Shown here: in pieces, positions 13,701 through 28,700 of the stretch | Numbering within the stretch: the first letter of the stretch is position 1 | How the letters are laid out: each line of letters opens with the position of its first letter | From: Girardia tigrina | Lineage: Eukaryota | Length of the DNA stretch: 64,000 bases | NCBI GenBank assembly: GCA_001938485.1 | Contig: MQRK01181236.1 | Coordinates: 16,478 to 80,477 of the forward strand | Direction of reading: 5' to 3' | Position numbers and translations under genes: made by a program | The notes under the pieces: generated by a model | Seen by the model: only the letters and a program-made list of their open reading frames with translations | What the model was told of the DNA's origin: nothing | Database searches by the model: none

Positions 13701-16700
13701 TTCAAGAAAAATTCATAAGAATAAAAATTTTTTTGATAACCTCAAACCCACCGGTAACAATTGTTATTGAACTTGTTATAGCTTGCCATTGTCATCAGTC
13801 CGCCAAAACCTACCCCCAGAGAGTAAAATATTTGTGTCGCGGCGTCTCCCCATACCTAAAAATATATTTTTCTAAATATTTCTATTTATTTCTATTTTTT
13901 ATACAAATTGTATATAATTATTTATAATTTGACCTTTTATAATTAAACCAGCAAAAAACCTCTCATATATGACGGGGGAGCTAAATTCCATGTATGTATC
14001 ATCAAAATCGATGTTAATTTAACAATTTAACGACTTGCACGGTTTTCCGTCGATTTCATCGGCTTTTCGGCGTCTTTCGGCAAAGGCACTGCATCGACAG
14101 AACCATCTCGATTCTGGCTATTAAGATTGAACACTTCATTAAGTTGATTTTCTCCGGTTACTCCACAATTTCACATTTTGATCATAGCGTGACCGACAGA
14201 CCAACAAACAAACAAACGAACACTTTAGATAAATATTTTAAATATTCTTTGCTTTCTCTTTATTTTCTTGTTTTAAGTACCTAATTTGTTTAGTCGCCAA
14301 TATAAAAAGGATAAATAGCTTACCTTACCGAAGACGGATTGGAACAAACAATAAATTTTCTTTTGACTCCTGTTATTCTAATCTAATGGATTAAAGCATT
14401 TGTTGTAGATCAAATGTGAAAGTTTTCAAAAATATTTTGTATTAGAAACATGTCAAATAAAATCAACAATGACGAGGGCCAGAAATAAATTGTTAAAAAG
14501 AATAAAGGATTTTCAACGAAAGATATTACAGAAAATTAATAAATATTGAATAAATGATAAATTTAATTTTTTTTTGATATCATTAAATTATAAATCTAGT
14601 AAACCAAAAAATTTAATTTTATATCCACCCATGCAGACAGAACTCTACTTTACCAACAAAGTTATAATTAAAAAAATAATTTCAAAAAAACACAATAAAA
14701 AATTAAAAAAATTAATATAAGCTACTTATAATTTATGAGTAGATCTTTTTCAATTAACCCGTTTACTACCATAGACCTATATATATATGGGTTTACGGTT
14801 TATAACTTTTGAACGAAGAGGAATTTTTAATGCGGTTTTTTTCTAAATATTACTATTAACTTTTCTAGTCCATCTCTCTCGCTCTCTAGTCCAACTCTAT
14901 TCAATTTATTGCATCAGAACAAAACTGGAGGATGTAGAACAGTGAGAAAAAATAATAAAGGATTGCCAAAATTCTCTGGAAAATCACGAAAAGGAGATGT
15001 TCAATGGTTTTCGTCTTCAGCTCTTCTAGCAATGAAATGGAAAGACAAACGAGATGTCTACATGTTATCGATTATAAATAGTACAAATTTCTTGAACACT
15101 GGAAAAATTGATAGAATAAACGGAACAGAAATTATGAAGCCCGCTCTAGTCATGGAATATTCGCAAAAAATGGGAGCTGTTGATGAAACTGACATGTAGA
15201 TATCATTCGTGAGACTGTAGATAAAATAATCGAAATAGAAAAAATCAAAAATGAACAAATTAATAGTTTAAACATTGAAAACTGCTTTACACCTGGGTAT
15301 ACTCTAAGCTTACCTTACTCCGAAGGTTTTAAACACCTCAAGAATTCGATCTTGAAATCAACAAATAANNNNNNNNNNNNNNNNNNNNNNNNNNNNNNNN
15401 NNNNNNNNNNNNNNNNNNTTTAAAGTTGAGAATATGTTTTGCAATAAATCACATACTCCTTTAGGATTGTGTTCGGACATTGTTTATCAATACACATGTA
15501 ATGGGTGCAATGCCACATACATTGGAGAGACTGCCCGCAATCTCTGCAAACGAATCCAAGAACACAGTCAAAAAGGGGGAAAGAGTTATATTGCTGAGCA
15601 TAAAAAAACGTGTAAATGCAATATGAGCATAAATGATTTTAAGATTTTGTGCAAGAATTTTAAAAATTATTGGGAGAGAGTGTCATGTGAAGCATGACAC
15701 TCTCTCCCAATAAGATAAGATCATGTTGGTGCATGATCTTACTTACTTACCTATCGGGGGGCAGCTAGCACTCTTTAGTTTGGGTGGACCCTCTAAAGAG
15801 CCTAGTGGCTCAATACCATTCGAAAGAGATGGGAGGCTCACGTTCGAGACACACCGCCATCACAAAACATGGATTAGTGAACATTCCCGATTCTCGAGAG
15901 ATGAGTTCTCCATTTTACAAAAAAATGTTGATTTACGCTACGAACAGTAAATTTGTGAATCATTGTTTATCAGGCATTATATCTATTGTTATATTAACAA
16001 CATTATTGTTAATGTTATCTATTGATTAACATTCAAAATGAACAAAGTAAAGCTTCAATTTTAAATATTTTTAATAAATTTAAAATTTAAAAATTTTGAC
16101 CAATAATATCTCTGTTAAATGTAATTAATTTGTATTATGTTACCAATTACAGACAATTTTAGAGAACATTTAAAATTCACTGAAGATTATCTGAAAATAC
16201 ATCGAAACATGTCAGGAAAAATAAAAAAAAATAAAAATAATTATTTGTAAACAAAATCAAACTAGCAATCACGAGATTAAATTTATATTTTTTATGAAAA
16301 TTCTAAACAGCTTTGAAAAAATTACTCGATCGAATAATTCATTAAATATTCTCAAGATCGTTTAATTATATAAAAAGAATAAATATGTTTTGTTACAAAG
16401 AATCGTAGAAATATTAAGACAATTATTATTATTATTATTTAAAATTATTTGTAATCCATACTTGTGGCTCTAGTAACTTTCTCCATTTTGGAATTAAATA
16501 ATATTTAATTCCTTTACGAGATCCTTCTAGTAGACTTCCATTAACAATCATTATGACAATTACAAAGTATGGAAAAAGTGCCGTGAAATAAACAACCTAT
16601 AAAAAGCAATTTAACAATTATATTTCCAAAAGATTTATAACTTTTCCTGAAGATTTAACACCTTTTATTAAACAAGCTGCACATATGATCCATGCGAGTA

Positions 16701-19700
16701 GTAAACATAAGCATAAATGCCATTGAACTTTATAAAGTTGAAACTGCATAGGTAGCAAACGTCCAGAATAATCAACAACGCCTAAAACGACTCTTCTGAA
16801 AAATTAAATTACGTTATTGATATTTAATTAAAACAAAATTTTAATATTCTTGTAAATTTGGTTTAGACAAATTTTAATATTTATTTAGATCAGAAAAGCC
16901 TAAATATCCTAAATTGTCTTGGATATGAACAATAGAATACACTTTGAAGGAAAAACCTATTGTAAAAACCTATTGTAAACTTATTGTAAAACATATTGTA
17001 AATTTGGTTAAGACAAATTTTAATATTTATTTAGATCAGAAAAGCCTAAATATCCCAAATTGTCTTGGATATGAACAATAGAATACACTTTGAAGGAAAA
17101 ACCATAAATACAGAAAACAATAAGAAGTTCATATCCTGTCATCCACAGGCATTCGTAACAGGAGAGCCACTTAGTTCCAATAACCAACCAATTACCACAT
17201 TCCGCTGCACAAACCCGGCAGTTTCTCCAAGGAGCAGGAATCAATACGTTGCTATGGCCTGCTTTAAACCATAATTTGAATCCCATTGAAAATAAATGGG
17301 GTTTGATAAAGGTTTTTTTCGTAAGCATGGCAATGTGACTAACTTACACACTCTCCGTCAATCCATCACAAAAACTTAAGACTTGAAATTTTCGCCCCAT
17401 CTATTCATCTATAAAATGGTGTTCGTTAAATTTCTTTAATAAAATTATTTTTTGGATTATTGTGTAATATTGTCGTTATTACTAGATGTTCCTTCTTTAT
17501 GCACTATACTATAGTTGCAAATTACTCTCAATCAAAAGTTGTTTCTAAAAAGTAATGGACGTATCGGAAAATGATCAAAAATGATCATTTCAAAATATCT
17601 TTTTAGAGACAATATATTTTGAAAGATCAACAGTCATCTTCAGGTCACTGGCTAATTATTTGATCTAACTGTATAAAGATACAAAAGTTTATTGAGTTAT
17701 AGATTACATGAAACCATGCTAATCAGAATTTTTAATAAGATCGTTGAGACTGTAATCTGAACAATAACTTTAGATGAGGCAATCTACTTAACAATGCTTC
17801 ACACTACAGTTTCTATCAATAACTATCAAAATACTCAAAGAGAATCTTGAAATTATAAAATTTAATATCATATTTACATTGGTTCTCATATATACCAAAC
17901 GTATTCTTACTCTTTTTTCAAAGATATTCTTGAATTCGTTTACAAAGATAACTGGTAGTGGCTCATAAAAATTTTCCAATGAAGTCTATAAACTGGTATC
18001 AATTTGCATTTACTCTAGTCTCATCATGTAATTAAGAAGGTTTCTTTCAACAAAAAGGTCTAAGAAAAGTAAGATACCATTTGTTTTGTTTTTAACTGTA
18101 AAAACTACATTTGGATGTAACGAATTCTTAAACATTTAAAATAGAAATACATCAGTAAGAACTGTTAAAACTAAAAATATATCATCAACATATCTTTTAG
18201 ATATACTTATACTAAAGTTTAATTACCATCAAATAAATTTATTTTATTTTCAATCTTTGAAAGAACAAATATAAATTAACTGAAGTGCTAACACTGGACC
18301 CATGGCAACCCCAAAAGTTTACTTAAACCACTCAATATTGAAAAGAACATGAACATTTAACGTAATAAAATTTATTAGTTCACGAAACCAAACCTTGTAA
18401 ATTATATCATATTGTGGTTGGTTCATTATCTTTCACCAGATCACAGCAAAATTCAAAATTTTCACTTAAGGAACATTTGTAAAAAAATAGAGATATCATA
18501 AGAAACCGTAAATTCAACTTCACACTGCGTTTTTTAAGTAAAAATGAAGCCAGAAAATTCATAGCTATCATGAACTGTTCCATCCGATCTCCTGGTTGTC
18601 CCGAAGATCAGACGATGGTTACAGAGATATATAGCTCTAGAATTTCTCGCTGGACCAATTTTATATTATTTAGACTGATTACCATGATATTTACTTTATT
18701 TCGTTGTATTTTGATCAAAATCAAATTCAAATTTCAGTTAAAACCAACTCAATTCAAAAAAAGTAAATCACATTTTAAATTTTCAATAACAGCAATTTCG
18801 CTCAGTAAATTTAAGTTGTAAAATGTTCACAAATCTCAAATCCTATAAGTATTCAGCAAATTCATAAGTCGAGAATAAATTTCCATTCAAAATGACTCAA
18901 TATAATTGACAAAATAATTTCGCTCACAAATAGAAATTATCGAAAATCATAATTTGATTCAAAAATAATTCGTTCAGAAACATTCGATTCAAATATTCAT
19001 CGCTCAAAAAAAATTAATAAAAAAGCTCTCGATTAGATCTTTCAAAAATATTATTTTGTTACTAAATGTAAACTGAAAAAAATTAATATATAAAAAACAA
19101 ATTAAAATACTTATTTTATTAAACAAAAAATTGCAATCACAATCAAATTGAAATCAAATTTTCTGACTACTCGCTCTGATTTTTCAGCTAATTAGATCGA
19201 GCTACTTGACTTTTTAACAAATTCGGTCATTTTATCAACAATCGGCACATTCTCGGCAATCGACTAATCGAAACGATAATAATATTGAGTCATTGAAAAA
19301 AAATTTAAATAATCGTTTGATAATAATTATAAATGTTAAGAGAACTCACACATTTGACAGAACATTTATTACATTCACAATTTTGATTATCTCTATGATA
19401 ATCAATAGTATTGCTCTAACTTAAATTCATCACTCAATGTTTAATACATTTATTTAAAATATTTACTTTAAATTTTATTGGTTAAAATAAAATTACTTTT
19501 TTATAATTGTTATCTTCTTTCGGAACGGCCAAATAATCCATAATAAAAAGTCAGAAATAAGTTTTTAGTAAAAATTTATTTTAATACATAATTTTCCACT
19601 TTTTTGAATATTTTTTCCCAAACTCCGAATATTAAAACAATTTTTTTATTTTAATATGATTTAGTTATTTTTTGGAGGAACCAATTTATTTAAATTACCA

Positions 19701-22700
19701 ACCATATATAGTACAAATATTTATATACATAAAAACAGTTTAATTATTTAATTATTTAACTTAATTATTATGATAAAATTTTCTTAAAGAATTTTACATT
19801 ATTATTATTCATTTAAATTAATTTACTATTAGTTCATACCAGAAAGAATGAGACTTTTGAAATGTCAATATCATTTTTAACGAGCAATGTAAAAACACAA
19901 CCCTGTGTAATACATTCATTCATAATCACCATTCTTCTTTATAACATTAGAGAGGCATTGTATCAGTTTTCCCATCTCAGATGACCATCGATCAGCAGAA
20001 ATATTTTTTAGTTGTGATTTAATGAATTGATGTAACTCATCTGCAGATTGAAAATTGGTTTTGTGTCACTGATCTTCCAAGTAAGGGTGAATAAAGCGAT
20101 CTAAGATGTTATAATCAGGGGAATATGATGATTGACGGAGCAAGGTAGCATTCTTGTTTGCGAGAAACATGGACGTCACTTTAGAAACATGAGGCCTCAC
20201 GTTGTCTTGCACGAAAATCATGTTTCTCCAGTTGAGTGGAAACACATGTCGACTAAACTTCTTCTCTATATTAACAAGAAAAGTGACATAACGCTCGCTA
20301 TTCATGCTTTCTCTCTCCTGCAGCAGTTCGCAATGATATTTTCCAGTGAAGGACACTGCGATGACAGACATGATTTTTCTGTCAAACTGGCTACGCTTCA
20401 TGACATGAATGGGTTCACTGTGATCATCATCAGGGGAGACAGTTCTCATGTAAAACCACTTCTCATTCACCATCACAATATGTTCATGTTGGTGTTTGCT
20501 TTTCAAAATTTTCAACCATTCCTTTGCAGCAGTGACATGATTAACCTTTTGATCATTTGACAATGCATGAGGAACTCACTTACAGCCAACAGATCGAAAG
20601 CCCAAATGGTCACTCACAATACGCTGAATGGTTCCATGGCTGAGGGATGTCTCATCTTCAATTTCATCAATGGTCACTGCACCATTGGCGTTAAGAATTC
20701 CAGAGACCAACAGAATGTTTTAAGGGGTTGTTTTTGTTGATTTTCTCCCGCAGTTTTCCCAAGCAAAAGAAGTCTTGCCATTGTCAAATTCAGTTATCCA
20801 CCGATACACTGTAGATTCTCCAACACTGTCATAACCATGAACAGAGATAATTTCCTGATAAATTTCACTTACCGTTATGCCGAGTGAATAACGGGAGAAG
20901 CTATAGAAACGAAGATTTTTTCGATTTTCCACCATCATACAGACAAATAAATCAACCAATATTCAAACAAGTATTCAATAAATATTTTCAGTCAATATTT
21001 TTTTAACTATTACATATTTTTACTCTTTATATGTTACCATATACTGCGCAAGTAATTTCCGCCTTTACAGATCACAAACATGGAAATATAACATTATTCT
21101 CACTCTTTCTGGTACGAACCAATACATCAAAAATTTTAGCTTCAAATTTAAACCCTAACAATAACTATTTAAAAACAATAATTTAATTAAGAACACCGAC
21201 ATGGGTTTCCGAACTTTTATTTTCAATACAATTAGAATTGTCTTTTGGACAACTCTCAGTAAAACTTTCGTAATTCGACATCGTTCTAAATTGATAACTT
21301 TTAGTTAATGTTTGTTAATAAACAATTATTCGTACAAATTTTTCATTATTTTTAGATTTTATTGTTAAAGTTCAAATTTTGTAATTTTAGTAATAATTCT
21401 ATCTACATATTAATTTTATTTAAAAAATGATTTTATGTAAAGAAAGAACATTTATTTAATTTAAAACTTAGTTAAAGCTATTTACTTTATTTAAATTTTT
21501 AATATGAAAATTTGAAACGATTTAATATTTTGAAAGTTTTTTTGAAAGTTCGGCCTGCCACTGGAGACGTTTGCGATGTTTATCGCTAGTGTTGGATTTG
21601 GGTACGTTGCACATGGTTTCATCTGTAAATTTTTATGATTGTTTCTTTTTCAAGGAATATCGCTGCACTACCGTTCTATCGTTATCAACAGGTGATTGTC
21701 GGACAAGGTCAATCGTTTTTCCGAACAATTTTGACAATTGTTTATACAGGATGTCTGCTTCGTTCGCTGGGGACCTACTGCAGAGCTTAGCAGACGGCGG
21801 ATTTCCATGATTCATTCTGAATCATTTTGGTGAGTTAATTATCTTAATTAATTAAGAGTTTTTTAACCAAGTTTTCTTTAAGGGTTCGTTGCTTCCTAAG
21901 TTGTTTGGCTAAAGAAATAAGCTCGGGCTCCGTTCGACTTAAGACCTCTGAGTCTCTGTGGTTCACGGGATTTATTGTTGGACGGAGCCTATTTAAACGT
22001 ACTGGGGAATAGTCAAGTTAGACATTCCCCTATTCTTTGAAGATTGTGCTACACTTTGAAGATCGTGTCGTAACAATTAGTTTCAGATGATAAGAATTAA
22101 AATATTAATCATCCAACTGATTAGGCGAGACACAATCCCAAATCAACACACAACATTGAAATATGCAAACACTACACAAAAACATCCACACACCAAATAT
22201 TCCTCACAATAATAACCGAACAAACACTTTTGTTTGGATTAAAAAATACCGTCCAATTTCAAACTACCTCAATTCAATTATTATTATTTTTGTCATTATT
22301 TAATTTTCTTTAAAAATACGTTTCTATATAACATCAGATTATAAACATAGCAAGCAAAGATGAATCATCATTGAAATAGAAATATGATTCACAGTTTTTC
22401 TAAAAAAAGATAAATTCTAACTACCAGATTGTTTTTTAGCGAAGTTGAGAGGGGTTTTTGGAAGTATAAATTAAAATAATGAATATAGTAGTGATTCAAT
22501 TTAAAAATTTCGAAACATGAACCAAAATACAAACGATAACAGTGGCTTAAATTTTAAATTTAGATATTTTACTTCAATAAATTGAGACGTTCTAATCATC
22601 AAAAAACGGGTCTTTACAGTCAAAATTGGTTTCTTTTTACTCTCATACATTTTTTCGTTCTCTCATAATAGTTAAATATCATAAAATATTATTTTCCAAA

Positions 22701-25700
22701 AATATTTATCATAAATGATTTCATTTACATTGGACATTTATATAGAAGATTTCCAAATAAGATAATTTTAAATTTAATTAAAATAAAACAACATAATCTC
22801 ACTGCCAATACTGCTCAGCAGCCACTTCATATTTGGTACAGTTCTTTACGACGGTTAGAGAGCACGGAAGGTTTGTTGCTAATAAATGAAATTAATAATT
22901 ATGAATAGCGTTTTTAAAATAAAATATTTGAACTAAGTAAAGAAATGTTAGAAAATGTTTTTAAAATTAATAAGAATAAATGAGAAAATTTGAAATATAT
23001 CTAAAATTAAAGTGTTTGGAAAGTTTTTCAGTTGATCATTTAAATATTATTTAGTTGAAATATGGTTATTGTCGTAGTCGCATATACTTATTTATATTAA
23101 ATAAAAAATATTCTTATATATTTTTCCTTTGAAAGTCTTTTATGAAAAAGAATTAAAAAAATATATACAGATATCGATATAGTAGAAAACGATTTAGCAA
23201 CAGGATTCCAGGCTATAAATGTATTCCTGAAGATTCTTTCTCTTATTAATATTATTTGTTGATTCTCGAGGTTCAACTCCACCATGATTGAAGTCGTCAT
23301 CATCAAAATAAATCAGAATCCAAACTAAATCTCAACAACTTCATTCGATTTTGTGTCTGTTAAGAGAACTCACATTTTTATAACATTTATTACAATCACA
23401 ATTTGGATGATCTTTATGACAATCCGTAATAGTGCTTTCGCTCATATTCATAAATCAAAGTTTAATACTTTTCATCCCAAAACCTGAACTAATTTGAACG
23501 TTAATATTATATTAAAAATAATTAATATGAATGTTATTGGTTAAAATAAAATTTCTATAAATCATTTAAAAGTATTAATTTGATTTAATTATTTACAAAT
23601 TTGAAAAAAAATAATAAAATTATTTAAAATTTACAACCTTAATAAATTAAAAATAAATTTGAATAAATCAGTTTCAGATTATAATAATTAAAATATTACT
23701 CAGTCATCTGGATAGGAGAGATACAATACCAAATCAACACTCAATATTCAAACACATAAAATCAACATTTTAAATATTCCTCACATTGTGAAAAATATTT
23801 TTGATTGCTCTCGTTGGTTGTAGAATCCTGAAGCAGATCTAGTCTATACGTCAAGGTAATATGTATTATTGACTTTTTTCGATTCTTATAAATATTTGGT
23901 TTTCGATCCGATTTGATTTAGATTAGTCATTCTTGTATTGTTCAATTGACCGAGTTGTTTATTTATTAACATTCTTTTTACATTTAATTTAAGTATTAGT
24001 TTTTGTTAAGATCGATATTTGATGTGCCCGGGATGTGTTCCGTGCATCTCGTTGAACGAGCCGAGTGGTCGTGTGCTAAAATGTGACACGGGAAGATTTG
24101 CTCACCGATCGATAAAGCTTACCATATTTTGGTGGCGTTCGTACTTTCGAAGGGTTACCACCACACCCGCACGCACCGTGATCTCGACGATAAAAGATTC
24201 TACTGCTTGGTATCTTGGTTGCTATCTTTTAATTCTTGCCTAGCAATTTTATTGATTATCGGCTTTTTTTAATTTTTAATTATTTTATAATTATTATATC
24301 TAATAATGAATGGGGGAAATAATTTACTTTCATTATTCATTTTTTGTTTTCTTGTGTTTTTTGTTTTCTTTTTTCTTTTAAATAAAAAAACTCTTCCGTA
24401 AAAAAATTAAAAAAAACTTTACATGCAATAAGAATAAAGAAAATGATAAAAATACATAATAAACGATTACATTAACTCCCACCAAGAAAAGCGGAGCTTT
24501 GGTTTTTAAGTTTAAGATTATTCTATCCCATACACTTGTACAAAAAATAAAAATGTACTTTTACTCAAAGTACACATGTAGGTCACTACATAAAGATAAT
24601 TGATGTACCTCCAGAAATTGAAACTTAAAAAAACGTATTTATAAATGAGATCCATGTAATTTTTGTGTCTACGGATTTTTTAAAGATTTTGTTTCATCAG
24701 AAAAACAAAGTTTATTTTAGAATAATAAAAAATAGATAGCAGCAGATGTCAAGGTTACATATACATAATATTTGTCTAAAAAGTGTGGTTGTTTGTCGGT
24801 TAAGCTGTTCAATGTGAAATTGCGGACGAACCAGATTGAATTCACTTATGTACATGGTCAATCTGGATAGCCTGTGTCAATACAATTCAGTTGGTGTAGC
24901 GCCTTCGCCGAAAGACGTCCAAAAGGTGATGAAATCGATCGAAAACCGTACAAGTCGTTAAATGGTTAAACTAACACCGATTTCGAATAATGACAATTTG
25001 GATGATTTCTACAAGGATTTTCGTGAAATTTTTTGTGAAAATACAAATAAAATACTATTTTTTTGATAAATGACGATTTCTATCACATATTTACTAATAA
25101 TATTTCTAAAATTCAATTTAGGTTAAATTTGAAAAATTTCGTTATCATCTGATTCACGGTTTGTCGGTAAAGCTCAAATTTTACTATGGTCATATATATA
25201 CTGATAAAATGCGAAATAGTGGAGGAACAGAGATTGAATCCGCTTAAATTTGGATAACTCTGCATAGTCCGCATCAAGACGGTTCTGTCTGTACAACACC
25301 TTTGCCGAAAGGCGCCGGGAGCCGGTTTTATTGACAGACTGTTAAATCAACACAGAATTTGAAATAATAAATTATAATAATTACGATTTAATAATTAAAA
25401 CAGAAACTTTCAAAGTCGAAAATTCAGCTCACCCGTCATATATGATGGGTTTTTTAATAGTAACTAATTATTCTTTAACAATAATAAATATATTCTCTCT
25501 TTCAAAAAAGAAACTTCTTTCAAGAAATTCGAGACAAGTTTCGATATTATTTGACGGTTTTAATAAACAACTGATGATTAATGTAAGGAGATGACAAAAA
25601 TATTTATCTAATTATATCGAAAAAATAATGCTTATGGTTTCTTGTTTTGAATATTAATACATTTTTCATAATTTAATTCTTTTTGTAATCTTTTATCATA

Positions 25701-28700
25701 AAAATGTTTATTAAAAAGTTTATGACTTCATATTAAGACAAAATACTAACCTTGTCAAGGTGTTGGAAGCATGTTGTATAACAGAAAATAACTTTTTTTA
25801 TTAAATGCATAAATTAACAAACTTTCCAAGTGATAATTATCATTATTTATTCGGACAACATGAAAAAACAAATGAGTATAAATTTTAAAAATTATATATA
25901 ATTTTCTGGTTTGTCAAAAACATTAATTACATGTTTTTAACAAAAAAAATCATGTCATACAAATGAATATTTTTGTTATTTTTATTACAAAGATATTTTT
26001 ATATTTGTATTTTTTATTATTTATTTTTTATATTTTATAGTGATAGGTTGAGCGCGGCATCCAGACCTAGAGTTCTTCAACTCGTGTCTTGTTTTTGATT
26101 TCTGTTGATCGAAATTTTTATAACCTGCATTTATTGTCCAATCACCAATTTTGGCCCTAAAGAGAGCCGTATTTCTTTCGTAACTTGCGGCGTTCTTAGC
26201 CAATTCTCCCGGCAGCAGCAGTATCACTCCCGTCTGGATCTCTCTGCTCGTGATCGTCGACTTCTCGTTGTAATGCGCCAATCATCTAGCCTCACTTGCA
26301 ATCTGTTCAGAAACATCGTACACGAAATTTTTCATGTTTGACATGGCTTCGCCGGAGATGCCAGTGTCTGGGTGCATCTTCCGCAGCAAGAATTCGATCA
26401 TTTGTCTTTCATCTTTGGTTATTGATTCGGGAATTGATGGAGGTACTAGAGATTCTCGGATTTTCTTCATTAATTTTGATTTTAATGTCGTTCGAGTCGA
26501 CTTTGCCCACATCAAAGAAGAAGCAGTGCTTCGCGTACTCTGATAATTGACTAATCTCTTGTCGAATATCATTGCAATATTCGTCGGTTTTATTTTTGTG
26601 TTTTTGACGTTAAATTTCTCTAAAATTCTCGGATTACATTTCGGTGGATGACATTCAGTTCTCATTTATTTTATTTTCAATTGCAATAAAAATTCGATAT
26701 TGCTTAGTAATTTTTATTAGCTATAAAACTCTATATTAAATTATGCATTAAAACAATGCCAATAATAATTAAATTTTTTTAATGTAAATTTTTCCAATTA
26801 CAAAAATCCAAATTAACCAATACACAAAATTTCCAAACTCAAAATTTTCTAATTTAATTTTTTTAATAGTCTCAAACAAATATTTTTGATATTTTTATTA
26901 TAAAGATATTTTTCATATTTGTATTTTATTAAATAATTATGTTTTTAGTTATAATGTACATTTGTTATAGCTGAATCGAATGTCCTCGGTAAAAAAAGCA
27001 ATTTAAGATCAACGAAATCTTAATATTATCTTCATACACTTTAACGGACAAACCCTTTGAATCTATTTGGTCAGTAAGAAGGGTATTATCAAAAAGACAA
27101 AAATTATTATAAGTGTAGCGGCAGCAGCGCAGTGGAAGCTTATATCATATCTTGACCTCCTGCGGGTCACCAAGGGGAGAGAAAAGTGTTCGGTCACGTC
27201 ATTGTCATTTTTATTATCATTTATGTTTTGACTAAATTTCCTATTTTTATTATTTTTATTATTTTTATTAATATTTTGATTCTTATTTTTGCTATTATTG
27301 TTATTATTATTTTCAATTTTATCTTTATTATCTTTATTTTTGATAATATTTTTAATTTTATTATTTTTATTATTATTTTTATTATTATTATCATTTATAT
27401 TTGCATAAATAAACACAATAATTATACAAGGACATACATTTATTAATCGTCCGAACGTACCGACCGATTTGGGAATATCTGAACACTTGATCTTTCTTTC
27501 GCAATCATTAGAACCACTTGAGGAGCCACCGATGAAATAATCTGGTTGAAATAATTTCCCAAGAATCGAATTCAGATCGTAATCGAGAGTGATACAATTC
27601 AACTCAACCATGACGCTGATCGGCGCACACTCTCCATGAACTCCCGAAGTAACGTAAACGTCGTATCTCTGCAATCACGAATCACTGTCACTTTTGTGAA
27701 CACCAGTGGTCGGTTTGACACCGTGTTTGTTAGTGATTATTTCCCAAGACTTCGTTCCCATACTGTTTCTACAACTTTGAATTATTCTCATAAATTTATA
27801 CCATTTATCATGAATGTCTTCACAAATTTTGATATACAATCCCCGATCGATAATTTTTACACGATTATTTTCAAACGTCTTTACAAAATAATCAACATTA
27901 AAAATATAGTCGAATGGCATGAATAATTTTCTTAGATAATAATTGAAATCAATCTCTCGTATAAAACTCTTTTATTATTATAACATTCACAAATTAGCGG
28001 AGTTACCGCGAATATTTTCAAAATAAACCAACTAACAACCAAACTAAGCCTTTTAAACAAATTGTTTTTTATATATATCTATATCATACAATATATATAT
28101 ATACAATATATGTATATAATTTTTATCATTAAACAAAATAAAAGTCTTTTTGGCTTTATAAAAATATTTAAGAGATTATTTTTTTCTTTTTAACTTAATT
28201 TACTTTAATTTACGAAAACATAAAAATTTACTTATTTTTAGAATTCCAAATTTTACGAAATTCTAAATTTAACGAAACCGAACAATAAGTAATTATTAAG
28301 TTATATTATTTATCAGCCTTAGACTAATTATTTATGATTAATAATTATTTATTTTAATTTTAAATATTTAAATTATAAAAATCAGAGTAAACCATTTCTC
28401 AAATCCACTAAGCATAATTCATCGTTCCATGGATTGTTGCATTCGGCCCAAGGCAACTTATTTGTAATGGATGCAAATAAATAGTATAAAGCCCATGCAA
28501 TTATCACATTGTAATATATTGATCCAAGTAAAGCCATAATCAACATTGCATATCCGATTCCTGAAATGAAATATTCAAAAAGTAAATTAAAAGCCTTTTA
28601 GAAAACCTTTAAACATAGGTTGTATCTTCCAAACTGATATTGGTCCACAACTGGAAAATTGTCCTAGAGCTAACTCAAAGTAAAACAGTGGAATTCCGGC

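Noticed and set aside
15750-15840. GC-rich structured SINE-like head fused to a Penelope tail
   Set aside because: It translates as LKSLVAQYH, i.e. decayed GIY-YIG coding sequence rather than a foreign RNA head
17020-17420. piggyBac-like relic (GFKLW)
   Set aside because: The similarity is too short to support a call
25750-25862. Extra SLC6 EL2 mini-exon(s) with a GT donor at 25750
   Set aside because: Exons 4 and 5 already join in phase, and adding this exon would not keep the frame
27186-27446. Ile/Phe-rich membrane protein ORF
   Set aside because: Antisense translation of an (AAT)n-rich tract; the same applies to 29215-29412 and 57791-57991
26282-27677. In-frame TGA codons (26282, 27675, also 58810) as selenocysteine or a variant genetic code
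   Set aside because: The H2B TGA sits at a conserved Arg (CGA to TGA decay), and TGA is a normal stop in RIO1
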